Below are positions 10,538-22,455 of a stretch of DNA of 64,000 nucleotides, in pieces. The stretch covers positions 8,060,001-8,124,000 of the forward strand of contig CAIIXF020000001.1 in the NCBI GenBank assembly GCA_903813345.2. The letters run 5' to 3'. Origin of the DNA: Owenia fusiformis. Lineage: Eukaryota. How positions within the stretch are numbered: position 1 is the stretch's first letter; each line of letters begins with the position of its first letter. The notes beneath the pieces are model-generated. The model did not search any database. It was not told the origin of the DNA and was given only the letters and a program-made list of their open reading frames with translations. Both the position numbers and the translations under genes were made by a program.

Positions 10538-13309
10538 CTATAATTCATCCTTCTGTCCCTTTGGTTTGTAAGGTCCTGTGCGGTATGCTTCTGGGACAAC
10601 CTCGTTCGCTCGTTTTTTCTTATAAAATCCTTGATTCAACAATGCAGCGTTACATTCCTCTTGATCTAAGGGCACCAAATCTACTCTCTGTTGGAACAAA
10701 TAAATAAGATGAACAATGATGGGTGTGAGGTATGTTGTCCTTATGCCAACAGTTTTGGAAATACGAATACAGTATACAATTGTTGACCTCTCCAGAGGTC
10801 AACCGGCAAAATTGTATACCGAGACTGTAAACCGAGAAACTACTGTTGACAGAGACCGAAGGTCGAGGTCAACAGTAGTTTCAAGGTTTACAGTCGAGGT
10901 ATATGATTTTGACGGTTGACCGAATGGAGAGGTCTACAATTGTTTTGTTAGTCAGAAGAAACTAATAATACACATATAGACGACAGTCATCAATCATGGC
11001 TTCATTTCACAATCTTTTCTTCGAACCACGCCAGCAATAATTTTTTAAGAAAATTTGAAGACAGTGGTAGCTAGACTCTCTGTTTTCGGCACATAACTGC
11101 GAACTCACTACGTTTGTATTTGTATTTTTGCTATACTCGTCGTCTAGCAAAGTCAAAATATCACTTTCATCACGTTTACAAAATGTCCGTCTACACTTTT
11201 TTCTGTAAACATTGTGACGTCATATTCCCCATAATTCACAAGTGTAGTACAGTAACATACGCGGTCAATAATATGATATCCCATGATGCACAGGTGAGGT
11301 ACAGGCAAAAATGTTGACCGCTAATTGACCAATCAGATGCGAGTATTTACACTGAGGTACTAACAATAGAACCTGTGTACTGTGAACACCTGGAGTCACA
11401 AATATATGTTCAAGGTGGGTAGGTGTTACTACAGAGAGGGTAATCTATACAGAAGTCAGTAGAATATGTAGAGGAAGGATGTCCACTTGAGACGGGTTCA
11501 CTAGAGAAAGGTATTCAGTAAGACAGATTTTACGGTAAAATAAGGAAAGAATGAATTGTTGATATACTTATCTTTCCAGGGCCAAAATCTATTTTTGACT
11601 AAACATTTTCATATACCTCCTCCCCAAAAGATATTAACTAATCCACACTTCCTCAACTATTGGACACCATTCCCAAAACAATAATTGTTTTTCTTTCAAG
11701 GTTAAAACAAATGACTAATACAATAATATCTCCATTTGTAGTAAACTTGTCACTGAGTAAAAGTGTTCACATTGAGAGGTGTTCATATATGGAAGGTATG
11801 AATACATGGCGACTCAAACTACTTACTAAATCATACTTCTCCAATTATACTTATTCAAAAATATCATCAAATTATGGACACAATTCTGAATAAATAACAT
11901 GATTAAAACAATTATTAGGTGTAAATCATAGCATATACGTAGTTTACAAGGATGGACTTTATTGATACATTAACACCTTTGCATTGTATGGGCGGCATAT
12001 TTCCCATGCTACTTAAAAATATCAAGCTATTCAGAGTAACATTTATATTACCTTAACAACATGACCTTCTTTGTTGAAAAACACCAGCTCTGGTTCTTTG
12101 TGCATAACTTCATGAAACTTAACATTATGGCTTGATCAAGTGAAAGGAAAGTAACATTATTGTTGTTCAAATTATTTAATATTTCAAATACTTTTAATTA
12201 TTTGAATTTCTTTAACATTTCAAATACTTTGAATTTTAAACATGAACTTGTATACCCTGAATGAATAGAAAACATTTGAAAAGATTTTATTAAAAGAAAA
12301 TACAGAATAAAGGCTAATAGGTGTAGACCATGGATGTAAATGGTTATTTACTGATTTGTTGTTTGCTATTTAAAGGATACTACATAGGGAGGTCATCCTC
12401 AAGGAAGTCCTTCACCTCTGGGTACCTGTTTAATGTTCATTTAGTACAGCTCTGGAATAAAAAACCAGCAATCTATTGAAATTGATTTAATATCCATGGA
12501 AATACATGTATTAATCTATAGTTTTAACCACTAATTTTCAAGTTTAAACTTTACAAATTGTATTTATTGTGATAAAATAAAGTGCTGTAAATCAAAGCAT
12601 TTGCTTAAATCATTTATCAAGAGCATGCAGTTAAGTGAACTGACCTTCAGATCGGCCTTTATTAACCATAACCTTGAATATATTTGTGATTGCAACCGTA
12701 TTTGTTGAAATAAATCCCCGCCATCTAGTCATTGTCTTAATTTGTTTCATATAGGCCTATTTTTTATTATTAGTTATGAAGCAAATGGCATATAGTAAAA
12801 TATTGACTTTGTCGAAAAAATATATTGGCAATTAATATTCAAAAGAGCAAGTTCGAGTTGATGATTTTCCATCTTGATGATAGAAATGGTAGGATACAGC
12901 CTTTTGAATTGACAATATCGGATCTTTTCACTGATTTCAAACCAAATCCATGAGTGATTTGTTACACATAAGGTCAAAACATGAAATAAGGCTACTTGAT
13001 ATGAATAAAACAAAATAAAATAAATAAAAAATATAGTAAACTATTTCGGTAAAAATACTTTGCAATCATATATTGGTCACTTTTATCGTTTCGGCTTTAT
13101 CATGTACAGTCAATTTTACATGGACCTTTGCTGATATTATTTGTATTAAAATAGTACTTTGAGCAATATAAACGTTATATCATATACAATGGCATTACCG
13201 CAACCATAGCACCAACGACATCACGGTCTCTCTTCCTTGCTCCATCGGCGTTATGAATAAGCGTTCCTATTAGCACAATCCCAACCAACAGGCTGGAAGG
13301 GCGCATCAT
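10538..13309 (-). CDS. SELENOM: Selenoprotein M-like (SelM/Sep15 thioredoxin-like fold), 136 aa; exons 13309-13199, 12451-12381, 12130-12052, 10687-10538
   Basis: Spliced translation: MMRPSSLLVGIVLIGTLIHNADGARKRDRDVVGAMVA-SCTKUTLNRYPEVKDFLEDDLPMY-HNVKFHEVMHKEPELVFFNKEGHVVK-RVDLVPLDQEECNAALLNQGFYKKKRANEVVPEAYRTGPYKPKGQKDEL*. It has a signal peptide, CxxU with TGA at 12439-12437, LNR.PEVK.F / YHN / PELV / GFY motifs like SelM, and C-terminal KDEL. Splice phases are consistent and a SECIS is present. Confidence 0.95.
10776..11365. mobile_element. Palindrome-bearing interspersed repeat in SelM intron 3 (168-bp hairpin 10776-10943); right boundary approximate
   Basis: acaattgttgacctctcca...tggagaggtctacaattgt long imperfect palindrome centred on gaccgaaggtc; similar hairpins occur at ~37.0 kb and 47.3-48.3 kb. 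Confidence 0.6.
12131..12380 (-). other. Probable U12-type (minor spliceosome) GT-AG intron, intron 2 of the SelM-like gene
   Basis: Donor GTATCCTTT (12380-12372) matches the U12 consensus; branch-like TTCCTTTCAC lies ~10 nt before the AG, with no pyrimidine tract directly at the AG. Confidence 0.75.
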
Positions 13310-14640
13310 TTTTGCAAGTGGATTTCTTTCTTCCCTGATTTCTTTGTTGAATTGTAAAACAGTGAGTGTTCTAATGAGTCTAAGCTCAAATTAATTGTGT
13401 AAAAGTGTACATTTTCACCCTTGAGCAATAGGTAAACGTTATTTTGATTGACATTTACGACAACGGTAGACATCTCTTACCGAGTACCGCAAAACATACA
13501 ACAATATAGCAACTCGATGCTTGCACAATTCATTCTAATGTCATGCTTTGTGAAGGGAGGCTGCAGCCAGTTTGCATTGTATCTTTACTGAACTCATTGA
13601 ATTACTTTGAAATACATAATGTATAACAAGATGATGCCAGACCCTATTTGCAAAATATACCCCAAAGTTAACGTTTTAAGATACAATATAACTAAGTTTA
13701 CACATTAATATTCTTCAATTCACTTGGAATTTTGTAATCATTGCAATTGAAGTGTTATCTGAAGGTTCAGCATCATAGGCTAATGTTACGTCCTTTAAAA
13801 GGGTTGCTCCAGCAACTCGGGGGTAGGGATGGGCTTTGCAGGTACCAATTGTTCTAATCATGAAAAGCTCTAAAGTGTTATTCTATTTATCTTTCTTTCT
13901 TTGAATGATCAAAATGTTTGGGGAATTGTTTACTTTTTTCAGCACAATGTTCACCAAGCACAAATAATGACATTTAGCATTATGATGTCATTTCGCCACA
14001 GTTCAATAGTCACAAAGGAGTGGTATCGATTTGGAGAACTGAATTCAACAATGTTTTTCTCTAAACCAATCATTGAAAACATTCTGTAAAAAACACGGTA
14101 TTTTATGTTGACTGATTGACAACAATTTAATGCGAAAATTATTTAGAAATATTCTATATAACTGTTTTTGTTAACATTTTTTGTTTTTTCAGTGCAATTG
14201 TTTTGCTCCTTTCTACCAATTCTTCAGAATGAAATAAAATGTCTTTCCGAACCTTGTTGGAACAAAATAGCATATACAACATGTTTTAAGACCTCTCAAT
14301 GTTATAGTTATGCAAAGGAATTTTTGGTTGGTTTTAAAAAAGTATTATTAATATTGAGAGACCTAAACATGTTGTGTTTATGTCGTTTTGTTCCAATGAG
14401 GTTCGGAAAGACGTTTCATTTCACTCTGGAAACATGATACCAAGAGCAAAACAAGTGTTTGATGTGTTTTCTAAAACAATATAGATGAAACTATACATAT
14501 ATTTTTCAAATTATATTGTTACCATTCAAAAGATGACCATTAAATTGACAATGTGTAAAAACCTGAGACACACTTCACTTCATTTGGACTCACAGCCATA
14601 CAAACTCACGCCACCGTGAAAAAAGTATATAAGGAATATA

Positions 14641-15597
14641 CAGGGTGTTCAGGAAATAAAGATAATAAAGTCATAACTTTTTTATTAATTCATGGATTGC
14701 ATTGAAAATTTCAGAGATTATAGTTTTAACATATTTTAACTTATTCTTGGAGTTTCAGCTTCAGGCGATTTGATTGGTTGATTCTGTGGTTGTCATAGCA
14801 ACGCGAGTACCGCTAAGGCGGGGCAAGTGGAATAACTACAGTATATTTGCATGTTTTAAATGTTTTACTGAAAAAGAGATTATATTATGTTGATGACTTA
14901 AGTTGGATGCTTAAGGATATACCAGAGTTACCCTTACGACAATGGTGACACAAACTCTCTGCCTCTTGAACCTTCTTCAAATACTTAACAGAATTCTTCG
15001 TGACTCATTTCCTGAAGTCTGTTTAACACATGTGAACGTATGGCATGAGTATTCTCAAATGCATTGTAAAGAAGTATAAACCATTTGGCACTAGGTTGGG
15101 TGAATAAGGTGGATGCTTGAGTTGCTCTAATCTCAGCTGCTCAATTTTTTAGTGATTATGGCAGCAGTATGGGAGGGAGAATTGTCCAAGTGGAAGAGAA
15201 ATTGCATCCTGTGTCACTTTCTCTGTAATGCCTGCATTAGTCATGAAAATCCCATTCAGGAATATCATAGCATTTATTTGACTTTTATATTATAAAACAA
15301 AACAATAGGAGAATTCTATCATGGATATGCACCAAGAAAGCTTTAAATATGGAGTCAAAATCGGTTTGTCATACTAAATATTACACAGAAACTACTGCAG
15401 TTATTCCATGTGCCCCGCCTAAGCGCTACTCGCGTTGCTATGCCAACCACAGAAATTACATATCAAATCGCTTGAAGCTGAAACTCCAAAAGTAAGTTAA
15501 AATATGTTAAAACTATAATCCCTGCAAATTTTATTGAAATCCATGAATAAATAAAAAAAAGTTATGCCATTATTATCTTTATTTCCTGAACACCCTG
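14641..15597 (-). mobile_element. Internally deleted mariner-like element
   Basis: ta|cagggtgttcaggaaataaagataat ... attatctttatttcctgaacaccctg|ta with ~200-bp TIRs; minus-strand remnants FHLDNSPSHTAA and HPPYSPNLVP resemble mariner HDNA.H and YSPDLAP motifs. Confidence 0.9.
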
Positions 15598-16440
15598 TAC
15601 ACCAGATAGAACTACAATTATGAGGTGGCAGAAGAGATTTAACTATGATGACTGGACCCTGCATGGCAACTCTGAACCTAGTCTGAAACACGACGAATTC
15701 AGAGTACAAGAGAACTGGGGGGGGGGAAAGTGTATAAAAATGTGTTACTTACATTGGTCAATATTTTGACAAAATGTGAAATGGGGCACTTTGTATACAT
15801 AAATTAAATGAAGGATGTGCTCCGAGTAATTTTTAGTAACTTGAAATACATTTTGAGCATTCTTATTTTAGCTGAAATGGTATTTGTTCATTTTGTTGCT
15901 TAATTATTTCATATTTTAAGTTTTTTATTCGTTTTGACGTGACAAAAAGGTCTGACCCACCCTACCCAAACTCATAAACTTGATTTTATTATAACTTCCA
16001 CATAGTATTATCAATTGAAATGAAAATCTGCAGAAGAATCAAAATATGTTCAAGGATTGTTCACTGAAAATTTCATGGAAAAAATATCAAGTATTCTGGG
16101 ACAACCCTCGTATTAAGTGATTTGGGATCAGAACATCAGCTAGAGTAAGCCACGGAATGTACAACTACGTACATGAGTTGAAATTATTGTTTTGACTTGA
16201 GTATCACTGTGCATTAGTCCACAAAAACACAAACATATCTGTTATCTCTTATGCCCTCTACACGAACGTATTCTCTTTTTCATGCAATTTCGTTCTTGTT
16301 TATTCAAAACAAACAGAGTCTACATTAATGATTTATCATCTTCGTACAACACTCACTGCAATGTGAACTTTAGATCGTACATTTGTGGTAGTACACCTTA
16401 ACAAACCAACAAAACCATTACCGTTTCACTCAAATTCACT

Positions 16441-18407
16441 ATGGCTGCTGCCTTGACTGGTATGCTGGTTTCAGAGAAAGATATTAAAACGTAAGTATGT
16501 CACTGGGAATTAGGACCTAAACTAAACTACATTGATCGATACTTTTCAGGTTTACGACTCTGCGACACCCTAGAATCCTTTACTTATTACTCTAGATTTC
16601 AGGATGACGGTGTGGTTGTAGTGAGACAGGTGGTATCCCCAGAATGGGTGGACAAACTCCGAGATGCATTCGACTGGGCCATGAACAACCCTTCCCCCTT
16701 AAGTGAAGAGCATGTTGGAGAGGGAGAGCCAGGTAAGACACTTGTTTCTAACACTTTATAACTTTAGTTTTAAGTATAAAGTGGTTCCCATGGATATAGC
16801 CTATAAGCACAAATGCCAAAGGGAAGGGTGACTAAAAACTTTAAAGAATGCAATTTTTGGAATTTTTGGTGGAATGTTTTTGAATTTTGCAACTCCCAGC
16901 ACATCTTTTATATCAAGCCAGGCTACACCCTTATTAATTTGAGATTTTTTGTTTTGAAAGATATATCCCGAGTGCATGTATTGACTCGGGTCGGGTGTAC
17001 ATTCCCTTTCGTTTCAACAACATACAACAACCGTGTTACTTTAAACTATATAAGTTTTCTGAATTATGAATATATTTCAGGAAGATTCTTCGATGACCAG
17101 TTCCTATGGAAACGAAACGACTCGGTCAAGGACTTTGTTTTCAATGGACCATTGGCAAAAGCTGCAGCCACTGTAATGTCATCAGAAAAGGTATTTACAC
17201 GTAATTTATTAAACCCACAGGAGGAGACAAGAAAAATAAACAAGGCATTAACATGCAAAATGTCACCACATGCCACTTGTTACAAACCCCAAACACCCAA
17301 CACCAACCGTCGAACATCGTCCTGATGGTGACTGACAAACACGAATGAACACTAGAATTGTAATATGGTTAGTGTTGCAATTGTCACGTTTACAATAGCA
17401 ACACCTTTGTTTGTTTATGATTTTACTCAGATTGCTCTGAATCATTTCCAGGTGAATGTCTTCTATGATCATGTTCTCGTTAAGGAACCGAACACGAAGA
17501 GAATTACACCGTGGCACAATGACATGTCTTACTGGCCGATAAAGGGTTCTCAGGTTAGTCTCTGCCATCCTTGGCCCAAGAGTAATTCAATGAATTACAT
17601 GAGCTGCTATGAAAGCAGTGAAGGAGCAATCTTGAAGGATGAGTCATTGTTGTCATCCTCCATAGTTTTCGTTATATCAGTTTTTTGGTTTACCTCCTTT
17701 CATAGATTTGCTCCATATGGATAGCTCTAGATGACGTATCTAAAGCAACCAGTGTGAAGTATGTGAAGGGCTCTCACAAACAAAAACTACTCCACAAAGT
17801 TTCCAGTCTAGGAGGGGATAGTAGAAGTTCGTATGGAGATGGAGGTGGTGAACCGTTGCCAGACATTGATGCATTGCATGAAAATGGTGAATTGGAATTG
17901 GTGAATTGGGATTTGAAGCCAGGTAGGCATAAAAGAAAACTATTGGTAAAATTACATATTCAGGCCATCATGAAAAACCAGTATCTCCGAACTTATGATT
18001 ATGAAGCCCAAAGTCATATGACCAAGCTGTTTTTCCCGATTTGAAATATTCGGAATGGTTCCTGGATTTTTGGGCTCTTAAATCCAGATCTCCCGAGGGA
18101 CAAAACGCCATTAAGGCAGGATTCATGCCATGATCTTCCGACTATCTACTTTGTAGTCACTTGTTCTTTTGTTCTTTAAGGTGATGTCTTGATCCATCAT
18201 GGATTTACCATCCATGGTGCACCTGGGAACATCAACTCTACGACAAGACGAAGGGGGTATGTAGTAAGATGGCTTGGAGACGACATGAGGTTCGACCCGA
18301 GACCTGGTACAATGTACAAGGCGTGGACTGAAAAGGGTGGATATCACTTAGGACTTGCAGCAGGGGATACGATGAACTGTGATTTATTTCCCTCTGTAAA
18401 CTTTTAG
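16441..18407 (+). CDS. PhyH-family (phytanoyl-CoA dioxygenase-like) Fe(II)/2-oxoglutarate dioxygenase, 280 aa; exons 16441-16490, 16596-16732, 17081-17190, 17452-17553, 17706-17922, 18181-18407
   Basis: GT-AG joins keep frame (843 nt). Motifs: FQDDGVVVVRQVV, FYDHVLVKEP, TPWHND (HxD), SIWIALDDV, VKGSH, LKPGDVLIHHGFTIHGA (distal His), RRRGY. AATAAA follows the stop. Confidence 0.92.
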
Positions 18408-19678
18408 GTTCTAACTAATAAATATTTCTTTAACAATAACCTTTTTACGTTTACGTTTAGACAGACATTTTTTAGAATTATAGAATAAAAACCGTGAAAG
18501 GTTGGTTGGCCTTTATCAAAAAATATTTCATATTTTATCTGACCTTGCTGTGTGTAAAGGAAAGAAGATACCAACCTTGGTGGTGTTCAGTCCACCATAA
18601 CACGCTTCAACAAAATACTCAAGTGGATGTTATATATAGTATTGAAGTGACAGAAATGGAAAACTGACAAAAACTCCAGTTTAAAACTTTATTGAATATC
18701 TAAATTCGTGTTTCCTCAGTTTTAAATGATGACTATAGTTATACGATATAGGTTAAAAGACATTCACCTGTTCACAGAACATTCACCCCTGTTATGCTTC
18801 AAATACATTGCATTTAAATATATGATTGTAAATGAATAGCTCTCTTGAGAATATTAATAAACAATAATTTGAATAAAAGTGGAAATCCTTTATGAAAAGC
18901 TTTTGAATGTCACTGCCACTGAAATTTATGGAGGTCAAATACAATGGTTGTTCAAAAAGTTTTGCACAGATATATCTAATTATGAAAATAATGAACCAAT
19001 CTTGTTCATAGTTGGTAGGTATGTGCCCCCATCTTATTCCCTTATACTGTCGATGTTTCATGGATATACGTCTTTTACTTAACATTCTATGGTTGCTATA
19101 GTAACCAAGGCGATGGCGCAATGGTCCATATCATTTAGTAATAATATAAAGAACAACATTACTAATCATGCTTTTACTAACATAAACTGTCAACTTAGAT
19201 TTAAACAATATCTAGTTTTGTTCTCATGGGAAAAATGAATCTTATTTCAATATTTCCCATCTTCTTTTTTTAATCATGCCAAAGAATGACTGTAAATATA
19301 CTCTTCGAACATCTTGAACAAATCACCTGATTTTTTGCTCATGGTCTTGGAATTTCATATTCATAGATACTATATCTATATCAAATTTCATGTAAAAATG
19401 ATAAAATCTCTTCTCGAGAAGCTTTCGTGCAAAACTTTTCGAACGACCCTTGTATGTCATCGAAAACTTTTTTTCATAATGTTAGGCGAGGGAACCTTCA
19501 TAGGGTAAAGAGGGTATAAGAGGAAGTGAATAAAGCACTTTTCAAAACGTATTTTGAATGCCATCGTTGTCCGATAAAACATTCTTCGTCATTCTAGTTT
19601 GTCTAAAGTCTTCCCAGAATGAGTGAAATTGATTTATACCACTATATAATAACTTATATACTATATTCTAGTATCACA

Positions 19679-20479
19679 TCAATTCATGAAGAACTTTATA
19701 ATCTGAACGGTAACCCACAAATAATCAGTTTTGTGATGTAAAGTTGTAAGTCCAAAATCAAGCAACTGCTGGGGCACGACGAGATTCTCACTGTCCCACT
19801 TGAACAATGCTTCAAGAACAGCGGGATGGTGGGAGTAGTCAGGGTGACCGCAAAAACATAGAATATGCTTCCCTAAGATGAACCCCTGGTACTGTGTTGA
19901 ACGACTGGAGCCAATGCTACATGCGGCGTCTGGCAACGACACTAAAGCATCGTTATGGTGGTACAGGAGGCTGAATGTGTCGCGCGTCGTCTTAAAGTAC
20001 TCCTTAGCTACGTCAGTTAGGGGAACAGTGACTCTGGAAATCTCGCTGCCTTTTGGATTCTTCTCGACGTGTCCTCCAAGAGCTTTCGCAATTATCTGGT
20101 GTCCGAATGAAATGCCGACCATTTTTCTATTCTCCGATTGAAGCGTTTTTACGAATGTCAACAATGCATCGATCCAGGGGTCTCCGTCATAAACACCACT
20201 GAGTGACCCCGATATGATAAACCCTGCGTAGATGTCCAATTTCTCAGGGTACACTCCCTTCTTGACATCAAACGACTTAATTTTGATTTTCGGCAGCTTC
20301 GTATTCTCGTCACCTGGGCTTTCAGTTTTCAGCGTCTCCAAAGGTAGCGAAGTGACGTAATCAAACATGCTTTGTGCCATATCGGGGTATCCCCCAGAGA
20401 GGAAGTATACTTGTTCTGGAAGATATTCCTTTAAATCCTCACATTGTAGGTAGCCGATGGTGAGCACATTATCATCCAT
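19679..20479 (-). CDS. Class I glutamine amidotransferase-like / gamma-glutamyl peptidase-like protein, intronless CDS, 266 aa
   Basis: Motifs GFIISGS, PWI..L, nucleophile elbow GISFGHQIIAKALGG and GHPD; family consensus is GICFGHQ and GHPE. Confidence 0.9.
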   Translation of the reverse strand: MDDNVLTIGYLQCEDLKEYLPEQVYFLSGGYPDMAQSMFDYVTSLPLETLKTESPGDENTKLPKIKIKSFDVKKGVYPEKLDIYAGFIISGSLSGVYDGDPWIDALLTFVKTLQSENRKMVGISFGHQIIAKALGGHVEKNPKGSEISRVTVPLTDVAKEYFKTTRDTFSLLYHHNDALVSLPDAACSIGSSRSTQYQGFILGKHILCFCGHPDYSHHPAVLEALFKWDSENLVVPQQLLDFGLTTLHHKTDYLWVTVQIIKFFMN

Positions 20480-21012
20480 AGTAACTACAACTGCTCTTGG
20501 ACAGTTGTTTCCAGTTTGTAAGTTCTAAACGTTATTTCACTAGATGTGTAGTACTGTAAGTACATGTGTAGTGTAGGTTATACGAGATAACATAGAACAG
20601 ATGTTATTGCGAGGTTGATGGTTTGCAGTCATCACATACTTCAAAATAATACAGTAACACAAGCTTTCGTATCTGTACTTCAGTATGCATGCACCTCGTG
20701 TTTTCAAGGTGATTAATAGCCGCGCATTGACTATCATATTGGAGAGTTTAAGCTAGTACATACAATCGAAACGGCAACGTATACGTATAAATTGCCTATA
20801 TACAAATACACGTTCCTTCCTCACTTAAATAGCCGTTCGGGCTTCAGGGTTTGTTTACACTAACACGAGTATAATGATTCCCAGCGTTGAGACCAACGCG
20901 AAATTTGGAATTTCGCGTTCTAAACACGAAACTCTGAAGCTGAACGGGTATCTGAAGAAAACTAATAAGCGCTGGTTTGGTTTTATTTCGCGATAAATTC
21001 ATTTTGCCAATA

Positions 21013-21208
21013 CTGTATAAGTGGTAATTTGGCCTAATCATTTAACTATTCCCTAATTTTTGCCAGGTTCGGTGAATTAAATGTTGGAAATATTATCTTC
21101 ATAATGTTATCCAATGGAAAGTTTCTTGTCAGGAAAATTAAAATTAGGAGAATGATAAAATTTGACCATTCAGCAAATTAACCACTCGGATTAGTACCAC
21201 TTATACAG
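21013..21208. mobile_element. MITE with 14-bp TIR, TA-flanked
   Basis: ta|ctgtataagtggta ... taccacttatacag|ta. Confidence 0.8.
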
Positions 21209-21617
21209 TATTAAAACCCAATTAAATGGATTGCCAATTTTGTAACTTTGTAATAAAACTTGTATCAACTTGAAGTTAAATGGATTTTAAGTGAAAATTT
21301 TCACTGCGCAGAACAACCATTTTCTTATCGAAATGTTAAAAATATAATGTTCTATTTTTTGTCTGCTTTGGGGATTTGTATTCCATGTTTTAAACTGATC
21401 CATCATAGCGGACAATCTCCCATAAAGGACAAAAAGTTTCCATTATTTTTTTCGAGTTCGAGTTCTCAATTTTGGTCCCGATTTCGACAGTTGAGGTAAA
21501 GCATTGGAGGTCGTTTTGTATACTAGAGGGGATGGGACGGAAATATCTTATAAACTAGGCTAACACATAAATCTCGATTCACAATGTAAATCTATATTTT
21601 AATCAACATTTCTCATA

Positions 21618-21852
21618 CAGAGTCACCACAAAACCGTTAGCCTCTAGTTTTTGAATACCTTTTTTTCAATTATGAAGAAATCTTCATGAAAGTGTATAGA
21701 ACGTGTTCAATCTATAAATTGATTTGAACTTAGTTGTCTAAAAACATAGATGCAATATCTCAATTATCTCCATTGGACACTATCTACAGAAAAAGCCAAA
21801 GATTCCATCATATTTGACAAAGTTAGAGAATAACATTTTTGTGGTCACCCTG
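21618..21852. mobile_element. Short Tc1/mariner-type MITE
   Basis: ta|cagagtcaccacaaaa ... ttttgtggtcaccctg|ta. Confidence 0.65.
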
Positions 21853-22455
21853 TAGCTATAACTAATAGAAATAATATACCATAGTAATTTTGCTTGCCAA
21901 CCAAGAAGGTACATTGAGACCAGCGCCAGATGGGCAGTGACTCTTCTTAGTGCAGGTGTAAAATTTTGGTCCTACTCTCTATGGATTTATATGGTGACCT
22001 AATTACAATTATTTTCCTTATTATTTATTCACAGTTAGGGCCAGTAAGAGCTGTAAGGAAAGGGGACCATAATCCCCAGGGGACCATAATTTATTTTACA
22101 CCGGTTCACAAGCGTGTAACATCTTTAGTTGTTTTTTTCTTTATAACTGCTTATGTAACATGATGACAATTCAAAATTAAACTGAAACCTTGCACAAACA
22201 AATATTTTGACTTTTGACGTTTACAAAACCATTGTGTTGGCCTATTCTTATCATGGACTTGTTTTTCTGTCCAAACTTTGATCAATTTTTGTTGTTCATG
22301 TTCATTTATTTACCTTGGCAATTTCAGCTGTTGCACACTTATTATTAGAAACAACTAGGAAATAGAATAAAAATGTCCTCTCATGTTAATATAATATATA
22401 CGTGTGCCATTCTACAGGGGCAATAATATATAAACTTCAAATTGGCCCATAGTCA

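Noticed and set aside
16813-17325. 170-aa ORF as a standalone gene
   Set aside because: Only 17081-17190 is coding (PhyH exon 3); the rest is intron read-through.
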